Source: Parcubacteria group bacterium (GTDB lineage Bacteria; Patescibacteriota; Minisyncoccia; Phycocordibacterales; UBA2100). From it: a DNA stretch of 64,000 nucleotides. The notes below the pieces were generated by a model, which had not been told where the DNA came from, did no database searches, and saw nothing but the letters and a program-made list of their open reading frames with translations. The translations under genes and the position numbers were made by a program. The stretch spans positions 2,771 to 66,770 of the forward strand of contig CALRGX010000003.1 in the NCBI GenBank assembly GCA_943358385.1, written 5' to 3'. Of the stretch, positions 38,871-49,941 are shown one piece after another (position 1 is the first letter of the stretch; each line of letters starts with the position of its first letter).

Positions 38871-39093
38871 GCCCCGTTTCCGCCCATTCAATTTTAAAAA
38901 AATCCCCCCGCGAAAAAATAAGTATGGAAAGGCGGAACGGGGCGAGGGCGGAGCGCCGAGTCCGCGAGGCGTTGGTCGGATTGTGAGAGTCACCACGCAA
39001 TCGGAGCGTACGCATTGGTCTAAAGCCACCACGCACGCGGAGCGTGCGATTAGCTCTCGAAAAAGGTTCGCGCAAAGGATATGATTAGATCAC
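38871..39093 (-). repeat. Arm B, right copy (223 bp); inverted repeat of 32643-32867
   Basis: Reverse complement matches except one substitution and a G6 versus G8 tract. Confidence 0.92.
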
Positions 39094-39119
39094 CAGTGTG
39101 GAGACAAGATTCGATTCGG

Positions 39120-39155
39120 AGTGGTTTTCTTTGGCGGCTGCCAAAGAAAACCACT
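39120..39155 (+). terminator. Perfect 16-bp hairpin just outside the right end of the island
   Basis: AGTGGTTTTCTTTGGC-ggct-GCCAAAGAAAACCACT. Confidence 0.65.
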
Positions 39156-39389
39156 GATTCTGGGCGATGCCGCGCGCTGCGCGCGAGTCTTGAGCCTCCT
39201 TTCGGGTGGATACCAGAAGCGTCACGCGGAGAGCATTGTAAAAATCGCTGCACGGATCAAAAGCTCTTGCGTTATAACGCGCACTTTTGGGCGCTTACTA
39301 CGGAAAGTATGTGGCTAGGTATTCATGCAGAGGTTGCCTATCGTGCGCCGCTGTATCGCTGCACACATTGTTGGGTCGAGGAAAGCCAT

Positions 39390-39608
39390 ATGCACCGCGT
39401 CACGATTACTCGATGCGCAGATGTGGGAGAACTGTGTCAGAAGTATGACCTTTCTGCCAAGGACATATATATCCGTCTCAGCGATGTGGTGAAGGGGTGG
39501 CTTGCGGAAGCGCGCCAGCGTGCCGCTACTGCAGAGGCAGTTGCTGGTGCCGTCGCCCGTGAGGAAAGCGTGCTGTGGACGCTGTATGCCAACCATCCAC
39601 GCGACTGA
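39390..39608 (+). CDS. Small hypothetical protein
   Basis: GAGGA SD; hairpin at 39615-39641. Confidence 0.5.
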   Translation: MHRVTITRCADVGELCQKYDLSAKDIYIRLSDVVKGWLAEARQRAATAEAVAGAVAREESVLWTLYANHPRD

Positions 39609-39667
39609 ATGAGCGCAGCCCCCAACCTTGTTGGGGGCTGCTTTGGTTATGGTATTATGGACGGTAT

Positions 39668-40027
39668 ATGGCAGGAGAAGGCCCAAAAAAGAGAAAGCCT
39701 GGATTTGGCAAGCGTGGGGTTTCGCCAGCTGCACCAAAAGACATGCTTAAAGAAACACGTGAATCAGGCGCCAGTGCGTTCTCCTTCGAAGAGATCATGC
39801 ATTTTGTGGCTAATACGGATGACCATTTTAAAGCCCCACCTGGCGCACGAGTGGAGGGTCTGGCTTTTGCGCCACTGCGCGATAACCTCCTTAAAATAGG
39901 TGGCATGCTGGCGCAGATTCGACACATTGATAACGACCCAACTGCACACGGCGAGAAAAAAGAGCGGGATATTAAGTCGCTTGTGGATCACATCAATCGC
40001 ACATTGCGTCTCGGTTCTACTCAGTAA
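39668..40027 (+). CDS. Hypothetical protein
   Basis: ORF preceded by a -10-like TATTAT. Confidence 0.55.
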   Translation: MAGEGPKKRKPGFGKRGVSPAAPKDMLKETRESGASAFSFEEIMHFVANTDDHFKAPPGARVEGLAFAPLRDNLLKIGGMLAQIRHIDNDPTAHGEKKERDIKSLVDHINRTLRLGSTQ

Positions 40028-40875
40028 TCACAGAGCACGGCATCGTATCCCAGTGCTGTAGAGAGCACTGCTTTTGCGGTGGCGCGATTGCCCATCATAT
40101 CGACGAGGCCTTCATTCAAGGCGAGTGCGCCAGGGAGCGCCGAGCCATCAGCGAGGCGCACTACTTTTTCACGTTCCATCGAGCGTGATTTTGCTACCAA
40201 GTCTACAAAGTGTTCGTGCCATGCAGCCATATCGCGCTCGAAGAGTGCTCGCTCTTCTGCGGTGAGTGGTTTGTTTGGATTGCCCGAGTCTTTAAACTTT
40301 CCGGATGCAAGGGAAACAAATTCGAGACCTTCTTTGGTGTTTTGCCCGACTGTTTGCAGGTACGAGCTGGTGATGCCAATCGAGCCAACATCTGAAAATG
40401 GCGAAGCGATGATGGTGTCGGCACCCATTGCTGCCATGTATGCGCCCGAGGTACCTGCTTCGCGGATCAATGCCACGGAAGGTTTCGTTAGTTCGTTCAT
40501 CGCATCCAGAATCACCTCTGACGCGACGGGTGTGCCGCCATAGGAATCAATCTGGAGCATGACGGCAGACACATTTGGATCTTGTTCGGCGTTGTGCAAC
40601 AGGCTCACTATGAAATCAGCGTCGGTGTAGGGAAGTGATGCGCCACCTTCATCAGTAGGGCCGAGCGCAGCATAGGGATTCCCAAAAAGAATATCGCCAC
40701 TGAGAGGTACGACGACGGTATTACACACGCCGTCCGAGAGCCATGGACTGTACGGAAAGGTGCGCGCGTCGTTCCATAATCCATACATGTTGAGACCCAT
40801 TTTAAAAACAATGAGCGCGGCGACGCTCCAGAGGAGAGGTTTACCAACCAGCTTTACTATTTTTTCAGTAGGCAT
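40021..40875 (-). CDS. sppA: Signal peptide peptidase SppA (S49)
   Basis: IDSYGG, GTSGAYM, GSIGI, GKFKD. Confidence 0.88.
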   Translation of the reverse strand: MPTEKIVKLVGKPLLWSVAALIVFKMGLNMYGLWNDARTFPYSPWLSDGVCNTVVVPLSGDILFGNPYAALGPTDEGGASLPYTDADFIVSLLHNAEQDPNVSAVMLQIDSYGGTPVASEVILDAMNELTKPSVALIREAGTSGAYMAAMGADTIIASPFSDVGSIGITSSYLQTVGQNTKEGLEFVSLASGKFKDSGNPNKPLTAEERALFERDMAAWHEHFVDLVAKSRSMEREKVVRLADGSALPGALALNEGLVDMMGNRATAKAVLSTALGYDAVLCDY

Positions 40876-40933
40876 ATGCGACAGTATATCCCACCGAATC
40901 TGACTCAATCGCTCGCTCTGGTATAGTGGGTGC

Positions 40934-41800
40934 ATGGGAAATGAAGTAACACAGGTGTTAAGCATCGCCGATATGCTGCAGTTACAGCTGCTCGATTTTG
41001 CGCCGAAACTTATACTCAGCGTGATAGTGCTGGTAACAGGGTGGCTGGCTATCAATGTGTTGGTGCGCGCGCTGCGGACCGTGCTTTTGAAATACGAGTT
41101 TGATCAGGCGCTCGAGCGCTTTGTGGAAAGTATCACTAACGCTCTTCTGAAAGTGGTGTTGGTGGTAACGGTGGCTGGCATCGCAGGAATTGAAACCACG
41201 TCTCTCGTGGCACTTTTGGGTGCCGCAGGACTTGCCATTGGATTGGCGCTTCAGGGTTCGCTCTCGAATTTCGCGGGCGGCGTTTTGATTTTGATGCTCA
41301 AGCCATTCAAGTATGACGACTACATCGTGGCGCAAGGAGTGGAGGGGAAGGTGCAGAAAATAGAAATCTTTAGTACGACCATCAACACTATTGATAATCA
41401 GCGCATTGTGATCCCCAATGGCGCACTCGTGAATGGAGTGATTGTGAACAGAACGGGCAAAGAGACGCGCCGCATCGACCTCATGATTGGTATTGGGTAC
41501 GACGCCGCGGTTGATCATGCTCGACAAGTGGCGCTCGCCACCGTGGCGACTGATGCGCGCGTGCTACACGACCCGCTGCCTGAAGTGGTCTTGACTGCAC
41601 TTGGGGATAGTGCACAGCACATCGAAGTGCGTTTCTGGGTGCATACGGTGGATTTTGCGGCAAAATTTGATTTGCTCGAGCGTGTGAAGTTGGCCTTTGA
41701 TGATGCGGGCATTACCATTCCGTATCCGCAGCGTGTGATGCACACGGTGCCCGAGAAAGCACCGAAGACTAAAAAAGCTTCGAAGAAAGCGACCTCATAA
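40934..41800 (+). CDS. mscS: Small-conductance mechanosensitive channel
   Basis: GAAGLAIGLALQGSLSNFAGG, IPNG, IPYPQR. Confidence 0.93.
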   Translation: MGNEVTQVLSIADMLQLQLLDFAPKLILSVIVLVTGWLAINVLVRALRTVLLKYEFDQALERFVESITNALLKVVLVVTVAGIAGIETTSLVALLGAAGLAIGLALQGSLSNFAGGVLILMLKPFKYDDYIVAQGVEGKVQKIEIFSTTINTIDNQRIVIPNGALVNGVIVNRTGKETRRIDLMIGIGYDAAVDHARQVALATVATDARVLHDPLPEVVLTALGDSAQHIEVRFWVHTVDFAAKFDLLERVKLAFDDAGITIPYPQRVMHTVPEKAPKTKKASKKATS

Positions 41801-41839
41801 CGTATACTCTCGGCAGCTCATCTTTGAGGAGGATAGACG

Positions 41840-42331
41840 ATGATCTTCGATACGATTCCTGCTGATTTCGTGCCGCGTTTTGACGTGGCCGCGACACTTC
41901 TTGAATACCATCCAAAAGATGGCGGGCCGCTCTCGGTCTTGTTCCTCTTGCGGCACATCGACAAACCGCAGGGTGGCACGTGGTGTTTGCCTGGAGGAAA
42001 AGTTGATCCAGGAGAGTCACTCGTGCACGCCGCAGCACGCGAGCTTTTTGAAGAGACGGGGTTACGTGTGCCCGAAGCGGAGCTTTCGTTTGTGGAGAGT
42101 GTGGCAGTACGTCACGCACCAGAACATGGTGGATATCAATTCTGGTACCACATGTTTCGCTATCGCATGTCAGAAATTCTTGCTGTGGACCCATCACGTC
42201 AAAAGCCGCTCATTCTGAATCCGCACGATCATACGACCGTCTACTGGTGCCCGCCGTGGATCGCCTGGCAATCCATCAATCTGATTCCGGACGAAGCGCC
42301 GTGCCTGAAGCGGGTGTACGGTTTTCGGTAA
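41840..42331 (+). CDS. Nudix hydrolase
   Basis: Nudix box [23 protein letters not shown]; hairpin at 42342-42368. Confidence 0.9.
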   Translation: MIFDTIPADFVPRFDVAATLLEYHPKDGGPLSVLFLLRHIDKPQGGTWCLPGGKVDPGESLVHAAARELFEETGLRVPEAELSFVESVAVRHAPEHGGYQFWYHMFRYRMSEILAVDPSRQKPLILNPHDHTTVYWCPPWIAWQSINLIPDEAPCLKRVYGFR

Positions 42332-42431
42332 GAACGACTACAAGAGCCGCCTCGAAGAGGCGGCTCTTTCATGCTTTTTGTGACGCGGCCACCTCTCGTA
42401 TACCGCGATTTCTTGTGGTAAAATGCCGCCG

Positions 42432-43334
42432 ATGTACGCCATCGCAGGACTCACGGGAATGCTTTCCTCACTCTTCGCCACTACTGCTTTTGCGGTAGAA
42501 GAATCGCACGCGGTAGTGGCGCAAGGTGTAGCTACCACGACGGCACTGGTAGAACATGCGCCAGAAGCAGCGCACACCGGCATTCACGTGGTACTTGCGG
42601 CCGAACGGCTGGGGTCTTTCATGGGCATTCCCATCACGAACACACTCATTACGGCATGGGTGGTCATGGCGATACTTATTGGCCTTGCATTTATGGTGAG
42701 ACGCCGACTGTCTTTGGTCCCGGGGAAACTGCAGCTGGTGTTCGAGGAGGTCATTGAATTCATCCACGGGTTTGTGCGCGACACGTTGGAAAACGATACA
42801 CTGGCGCGCAAGGTCCTGCCGCTCTTGCTCACGCTCTTCCTTTTCATTTTCTTTTGTAACGCATTGGAATTCGTACCGGGCATAGGGTCTGTCGGCTTTT
42901 ACCAGCCAGATCCTGCAGGGCATGGTGAGGTATTCCATCCACTCTTTCGCAGTGTAAACACTGATTTAAATGTGACGCTCGCTTTGACTATTATTGTGGT
43001 CTTGGTGATCGAATTCCTGGGCATCATCACGCTTGGTTTCTTTACCTACGCTGGCAAGTTCATCAACTTTAGCTCGCCCGTGAATTTCTTTGTGGGCATC
43101 ATCGAGTTGGTGGGAGAGTTGGCGCGCCTGGTTTCATTCTCGTTCCGATTGTTCGGCAATATATTTGCTGGCGAAGTGTTGATAGGAGTGGCGACATTTT
43201 TCGTACCATACATTCTACCGAGCGGGCTGATGGCATTTGAATTATTTGTTGGTTTTGTGCAAGCGGCGATCTTTACGCTGCTCACTCTTTTCTTCATTAA
43301 ACTGGCGGTGACGAATCCGCATGAAGCGCATTAG
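42432..43334 (+). CDS. atpB: ATP synthase Fo subunit a
   Basis: SFSFRLFGNIFAGE, GFVQAAIF; start uncertain (42423/42432). Confidence 0.95.
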   Translation: MYAIAGLTGMLSSLFATTAFAVEESHAVVAQGVATTTALVEHAPEAAHTGIHVVLAAERLGSFMGIPITNTLITAWVVMAILIGLAFMVRRRLSLVPGKLQLVFEEVIEFIHGFVRDTLENDTLARKVLPLLLTLFLFIFFCNALEFVPGIGSVGFYQPDPAGHGEVFHPLFRSVNTDLNVTLALTIIVVLVIEFLGIITLGFFTYAGKFINFSSPVNFFVGIIELVGELARLVSFSFRLFGNIFAGEVLIGVATFFVPYILPSGLMAFELFVGFVQAAIFTLLTLFFIKLAVTNPHEAH

Positions 43335-43758
43335 TAGGGAGAAGGGACAAGGGTTTAGCGTTTAGCGCATAGGTAAAGTAAGAAAAACAAGAGGGAACGG
43401 TCGAGTTGCGGAGGATGGTGGGGGAAGATATAGTTGCGGCAGGTCAGTCCCTTCTAGAGGGGATGAGAGGCGTCTTCGCCTTCAGGTTAAGTTGCGCCCC
43501 TCGGGACGCAATGGTGGTGGGGAATCACCTTCTTGTGCCGTTCTGGAGCAAGTTTGTTTGGGACGAGTCCCAGACAGTAAAGGAAATACCACATAGGTGC
43601 GGTTCTACGGAGCCGTGCACCCAAAGATTTATCGCCACACCCTGACCTCGCTTTTCGGCCCGCGCACCCTGTGCGCGGGCCACTTCTTTTTAATATTTGC
43701 CAAAACGAAGGGCGCAGACTGAAAGTCTGCGCCCTTTTTGGTGTCGTGTGGGTGTTGC

Positions 43759-43995
43759 TTAGCGGCGAGCGATGTTGGCCGGAGGGCGCACGTTTTTCAC
43801 GACGTGCGGAATCTTCCGGATTGTCATGCCGGCCGCGAGCATGGCCGTCTCGACCTTCTCGGCAGGATGCCGTGCGCACGCCACTCCGGTGTTGTACTTG
43901 GAGAGACGGTCGCTGCAGACGATGCAGCAGCGCGCTTCCGTGCGCTGCTTCAGCGGGGTGCCAAGATGGTCGAACGCGACAGCATACGTAAGCAT
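43759..43995 (-). CDS. Small hypothetical protein with a CxxC...CxxH putative metal site
   Basis: CIVCSDRLSKYNTGVACARH; stop followed by a hairpin at 43708-43736. Confidence 0.5.
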   Translation of the reverse strand: MLTYAVAFDHLGTPLKQRTEARCCIVCSDRLSKYNTGVACARHPAEKVETAMLAAGMTIRKIPHVVKNVRPPANIARR

Positions 43996-44106
43996 GTGTT
44001 TTATTCCCATACGGTTGTAACCTTTGGTATTATATCACAGATATGGGGTTATGCAAGTATGTCGAGACAAGCGCTTTCTGTGCCCATGTCTCTCTCGTGT
44101 GTCTAG

Positions 44107-44391
<285 letters not shown>

Positions 44392-44419
44392 CGCACGTGG
44401 GCATTGCGCCCCAACTACC

Positions 44420-44866
44420 ATGGGAGAATTCTTCACCACTTTCGGCGTTAACTGGAAACTGCTCATAATACAAGCAGTAAATTTCGGTGTGCTCCTCGGA
44501 GCCCTGAGCTACCTTTTGTACACCCCGGTCATGAAGATGCTCGACGAACGCAAAGCGCTGGTGGCAAAGGGTGTGCAAGACGCAGCCGACGCAAAAAATC
44601 GTCTTGAGAGTGCGTCGGTTGAATCGCGTAACCTGGTAGGCAAAGCCGCTCTTGAAGCAGAGGGTATTGTGTCGCATGCGCGCGAACACGCGGTTTCGCG
44701 TGGTGCTGACATCGAGCGCGTTGCCAAAGAGCGTGCGGATGCAATGGTGAAGGAAGCGGCAGAGCGTGCCGAGGCGCTGAAAGTGAGTGCCATGAAAGAG
44801 AGTGATGCCGCGATTGCAAAGGCTGCAGTCCTCGCTGCTGAAAAGATTTTGCAAGGAAAAAAATAG
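44420..44866 (+). CDS. atpF: ATP synthase Fo subunit b
   Basis: QAVNFGVL transmembrane helix, LYTPV..LDER, coiled coil. Confidence 0.92.
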   Translation: MGEFFTTFGVNWKLLIIQAVNFGVLLGALSYLLYTPVMKMLDERKALVAKGVQDAADAKNRLESASVESRNLVGKAALEAEGIVSHAREHAVSRGADIERVAKERADAMVKEAAERAEALKVSAMKESDAAIAKAAVLAAEKILQGKK

Positions 44867-44867
44867 T

Positions 44868-45224
44868 ATGCCCCACAACTACACTCATGCGCTGATGCAC
44901 ATTGCACACACGACCGAGCCAAAACGGGCGGTGTCGCTTTTGACTGACGCGCTGCGTGCACGTGGGCGCCTCAAGCTACTTCCTAAAATGAAGGCACTCC
45001 TCGTGCGCGAATCCTTGCGCGCAGAGCGCCAGCCGGCAGCCGAACTTTTTGTCGCGGTTGAATCGGGTGAGAAAAGTGCTCGTGCGGCGTCGGGGCTTCA
45101 GGATGCGCCGCTGATTATCGACCCCACCATTGTGGGCGGATACCAGGCACGAGTGGGTGACACCATGACCGATGCATCTTTCAAAAAGCAATTACAAGAT
45201 TTATATAACCGCGCGACCGCGTAA
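44868..45224 (+). CDS. atpH: ATP synthase F1 subunit delta (short)
   Basis: IDPTIVGG...D.S motif; position in the operon. Confidence 0.8.
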   Translation: MPHNYTHALMHIAHTTEPKRAVSLLTDALRARGRLKLLPKMKALLVRESLRAERQPAAELFVAVESGEKSARAASGLQDAPLIIDPTIVGGYQARVGDTMTDASFKKQLQDLYNRATA

Positions 45225-45229
45225 GCACC

Positions 45230-46795
45230 ATGGCTGACAAAACTATCATCGACAAGATCATCCGAGAGATTGAGCTCGTGACACCACAGGGCGAGGAATC
45301 GCACGTGGGCCGCGTGGTTGCAGTAGGCGACGGTGTTGTTTCAATCGACGGTCTTTCAAAAGCGGTTATGAGTGAGGTCATTGAATTTCAGACCGACGCA
45401 GGAAAACCGCTTGCAGATTCGCTTGGCGGCGCTGCCATATTCGGCCTCGTCTTGAACCTCGAAGAAGATAGTGTGAAAGCGGTGGTGTTGGGTGATTCAA
45501 GTTTGATTGGCGAAGGGATGCTCGCAAAATCAACGGGCCGTGTTCTCTCCATTCCTGTATCAGATGCGATGGTAGGCCGCGTAGTAAATGCGCTGGGAGA
45601 ACCAATTGACGGCAAAGGGCCGATTAAAGACGGAAAATTTGTACCGATTGAACGTGAAGCGTATGGCGTGATGCAGCGCCAGTCAGTTGGTACGCCACTA
45701 CATACGGGAGTGAAAGCAATCGATGCCATGGTGCCGATTGGCCGTGGTCAGCGCGAGCTGATTATTGGTGACCGTTTTACGGGAAAGACCACGATTGCGA
45801 TTGATACCATCATCAACCAAAAAGCAGAGCCAAAAGGAAGCCGCCCTATTTGTATATATGTCGCCATTGGACAGAAGGAAAGTAAGACGGCGCGTATCAT
45901 GCAACAGCTCACGGATGCGGGCGCGATGGAATACACCATTATTGTGAACTCTCCTGCGTCAGCTCCTGCTGCATTGCAGTACCTCGCGCCATTTGCCGGC
46001 GCTTCAATTGGCGAACATTTCATGGACCAGGGCAAAGACGCGTTGGTGATTTACGACGACCTCTCAAAGCAGGCAGTAGCGTATCGTGAGTTGTCGCTCC
46101 TCTTACGTCGCCCACCAGGACGTGAAGCGTACCCAGGCGATGTGTTTTATCTACACTCACGCCTGCTCGAACGTGCAGCGAAGCTCTCTGCAGAAAAGGG
46201 TGGGGGTTCATTGACTGCGTTGCCGATTATCGAAACACAGGAAGGCGACATCTCTGCCTACATTCCGACCAACGTGATTTCGATTACCGATGGACAAATC
46301 TTCCTGGATGCAAGTCTTTTCAACAAAGGCATTCGCCCAGCCATTAACGTGGGTGATTCCGTATCACGCGTAGGCTCTGCAGCACAGACGAAAGCAATGA
46401 AAGGAATTTCAGGCACCCTCAAACTTTCGCTTGCACAGTTCCGCGAACTTGAAGCATTCGTGCAATTTGCATCTGATCTGGATGAGGCAACCGCAAAGCG
46501 CATCGACGATGGGCGTCGCATGGTGGAGCTGTTGAAGCAAGGTAAAGGTGCACCGATGCCGTTTGAAGAGCAGGTGGTCGTGATTTACGCGGCGACCAAA
46601 GGATTGTTGCATGGCGCGGCAATTAGCAATTTGCGCAACGTAGAAGTGGCGCTGAGCCAGTACATGCGCGACCAGCAAAGCGAGGTACTAACGCTCATTC
46701 GTGAATCGGCGAAAATTGACGACACTACAAAAGAAAAGCTTGAGAAAGCGATTGATACATTCAAGGCTGCCCACACAGAATGGTTCGCACAGTAA
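45230..46795 (+). CDS. atpA: ATP synthase F1 subunit alpha
   Basis: [31 protein letters not shown]. Confidence 0.98.
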   Translation: MADKTIIDKIIREIELVTPQGEESHVGRVVAVGDGVVSIDGLSKAVMSEVIEFQTDAGKPLADSLGGAAIFGLVLNLEEDSVKAVVLGDSSLIGEGMLAKSTGRVLSIPVSDAMVGRVVNALGEPIDGKGPIKDGKFVPIEREAYGVMQRQSVGTPLHTGVKAIDAMVPIGRGQRELIIGDRFTGKTTIAIDTIINQKAEPKGSRPICIYVAIGQKESKTARIMQQLTDAGAMEYTIIVNSPASAPAALQYLAPFAGASIGEHFMDQGKDALVIYDDLSKQAVAYRELSLLLRRPPGREAYPGDVFYLHSRLLERAAKLSAEKGGGSLTALPIIETQEGDISAYIPTNVISITDGQIFLDASLFNKGIRPAINVGDSVSRVGSAAQTKAMKGISGTLKLSLAQFRELEAFVQFASDLDEATAKRIDDGRRMVELLKQGKGAPMPFEEQVVVIYAATKGLLHGAAISNLRNVEVALSQYMRDQQSEVLTLIRESAKIDDTTKEKLEKAIDTFKAAHTEWFAQ

Positions 46796-46800
46796 ACAGT

Positions 46801-47043
46801 ATGGATGATCTGTTTGAAAAAATGAGGCAACACCGAGTCGTAGCACGCTTTTTGGGCGCGTTTGCTCTCGCTGCGCTCCTCGCGATGATCCTCTTTTTCG
46901 GAGGATACATCTATGGTGCTTTCACTACCACCGAAGTAGACCCACCAATTTCTGCGGGGACTGACCTCCTGCTTACCTGGTGGCCCGCTGTCGCTTTTGT
47001 GTTCGCGGTCGTGTTTATAAAAGGTGGTAGACACGTTTCCTAA
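46801..47043 (+). CDS. Hypothetical two-transmembrane protein inside the atp cluster
   Basis: Fills the atpA-atpG gap; two hydrophobic helices. Confidence 0.6.
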   Translation: MDDLFEKMRQHRVVARFLGAFALAALLAMILFFGGYIYGAFTTTEVDPPISAGTDLLLTWWPAVAFVFAVVFIKGGRHVS

Positions 47044-47049
47044 TTGCGT

Positions 47050-47970
47050 ATGGCCGGCCTCAAAAACATAAAAATCAAAATTCAGTCCGTAAAGAAAACG
47101 GGGAAGGTTACGCGCGCCATGGAAGCGGTGTCTGCCGTAAAGATGCGCAAGAGCCAACAGCGGGCACTTTCGGCACGCCCATATGCACTTTCGGCGCTCA
47201 CTGTACTTGCAAAAGTTGCCGGCACCAACGAGCTGCAGCAGTATCCATTGGGCATAGCACGCGAGGGCAAAACTGCCATAGTGATTGTGACCAGCGACAA
47301 AGGACTGGCTGGGGCATTGAACAGTTCGGTCTTGAAAATTGCCGAGCGCACATTAACGGCAAAAAACTTGAACAAAGACAACACCGTGTTGATTTGTATC
47401 GGGCGTCGCGGTGCAGACTACTTCCAGAATCGCGGTTATGACGTACGCGTGCGAGAAGAAAACATGAGCGATGGGGTCACCACGGATGAATTGCAAGCGG
47501 TGACCAATAATCTTTTGGCATGGCACGCCATCGGTGACATCGGTGCAGCGTTTGTGATTTACACCAACTTTCTCTCAACCTTTGAGCAAAAAGCAGTCGC
47601 GCGCCAGATTGTTCCTCTTACCAATGCGCTGATGAAAGAGGTGGTAGAAGGAATTCCTGCCACTAAAGGAAAGTTTGCCGGCTTTTCACGGCCGGAGCTT
47701 TCTATAGAAGGCACTACCTACACGATTGAACCGTCACCTGAATCCGTGCTCGCCGCTATATTGCCCCGCCTCTTGAACGTCGTTACCTACCATGCCTTGA
47801 TGGAGGCGAAGGCATCAGAACACAGTGCGCGCATGGTCGCTATGAAGAACGCGACGGACAAATCGAAGGAGGTGGCGAAGGAATTGACCTTGAAGTACAA
47901 TAAGGCGCGCCAGGCGGCAATCACCCGTGAGGTGTCGGAAATCACGAGCGGTATTGAGGCGATGAGGTAG
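47050..47970 (+). CDS. atpG: ATP synthase F1 subunit gamma
   Basis: SDKGLAGALN, ARMVAMKNATD, RQAAITREVSEI. Confidence 0.97.
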   Translation: MAGLKNIKIKIQSVKKTGKVTRAMEAVSAVKMRKSQQRALSARPYALSALTVLAKVAGTNELQQYPLGIAREGKTAIVIVTSDKGLAGALNSSVLKIAERTLTAKNLNKDNTVLICIGRRGADYFQNRGYDVRVREENMSDGVTTDELQAVTNNLLAWHAIGDIGAAFVIYTNFLSTFEQKAVARQIVPLTNALMKEVVEGIPATKGKFAGFSRPELSIEGTTYTIEPSPESVLAAILPRLLNVVTYHALMEAKASEHSARMVAMKNATDKSKEVAKELTLKYNKARQAAITREVSEITSGIEAMR

Positions 47971-47996
47971 ATTATCTAAATTTAACAAAATTTCGT

Positions 47997-48245
47997 ATGA
48001 ACATGGAAAGACCACAGCAACATAACGCTTCTTCTGAGAGCGCGTCAAAACCAAAGTTAACTGCCGAAGAAAAAGCACTGATTTTGGAACTATACAATGG
48101 TGACCAGATTCTTGCAGAAGTTTTGGAAGAAGAAATTGAAGCATCCATGCATGCTGACCCGTCGACTGGTGACGAAGTTATCTCAGACCCCACTGCACGC
48201 CAAAATTTTATTCGATTGTACGTTGAGAAACGTCAAAAAATGTAA
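47997..48245 (+). CDS. Small acidic hypothetical protein inside the atp cluster
   Basis: Fills the atpG-atpD gap. Confidence 0.55.
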   Translation: MNMERPQQHNASSESASKPKLTAEEKALILELYNGDQILAEVLEEEIEASMHADPSTGDEVISDPTARQNFIRLYVEKRQKM

Positions 48246-48278
48246 CAGCGACGAGTTACGTTGTTGTGCACACAGTAG

Positions 48279-49685
<1,407 letters not shown>

Positions 49686-49691
49686 GCGCCT

Positions 49692-49934
49692 ATGGCTCGC
49701 GCGTTCCACTTAACGATTGCATCACCTTCAGAAGTATTTTTTGATGGGGATGCTTCTGAAGTGTCACTTCCGGGGAGCGATGGACGGTTGCAGATTCTGG
49801 CGGGGCACGAGCCACTAATTACGACACTACGCCAAGGCGCCGTTACCTACACAGCATCAGATACTGAAAAAACCATGCACATTGAGAGTGGTGTTGTGGA
49901 AGTTGCCGAGAATCATTGCACCATACTGCTATAG
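49692..49934 (+). CDS. atpC: ATP synthase F1 subunit epsilon (N-terminal domain only)
   Basis: G.L.ILAGHEPLITTL; 80 aa. Confidence 0.88.
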   Translation: MARAFHLTIASPSEVFFDGDASEVSLPGSDGRLQILAGHEPLITTLRQGAVTYTASDTEKTMHIESGVVEVAENHCTILL

Positions 49935-49941
49935 TAGGTGC

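Larger units (their letters stand above)
30948..39093. mobile_element. Integrative island with a large serine recombinase, inserted in the tRNA-Glu 3' end
   Basis: TCAC core at both ends (30948-30951, 39090-39093); joining the flanks restores GGGTCACCA; recombinase gene; visibly more AT-rich cargo. Confidence 0.88.

Noticed and set aside
30890-39093. Prophage
   Set aside because: No structural, packaging, replication or lysis genes are recognisable.
43406-43645. 79-aa ORF after atpB
   Set aside because: No recognisable motif and poor SD spacing; competing short ORFs on the other strand cannot be ranked.
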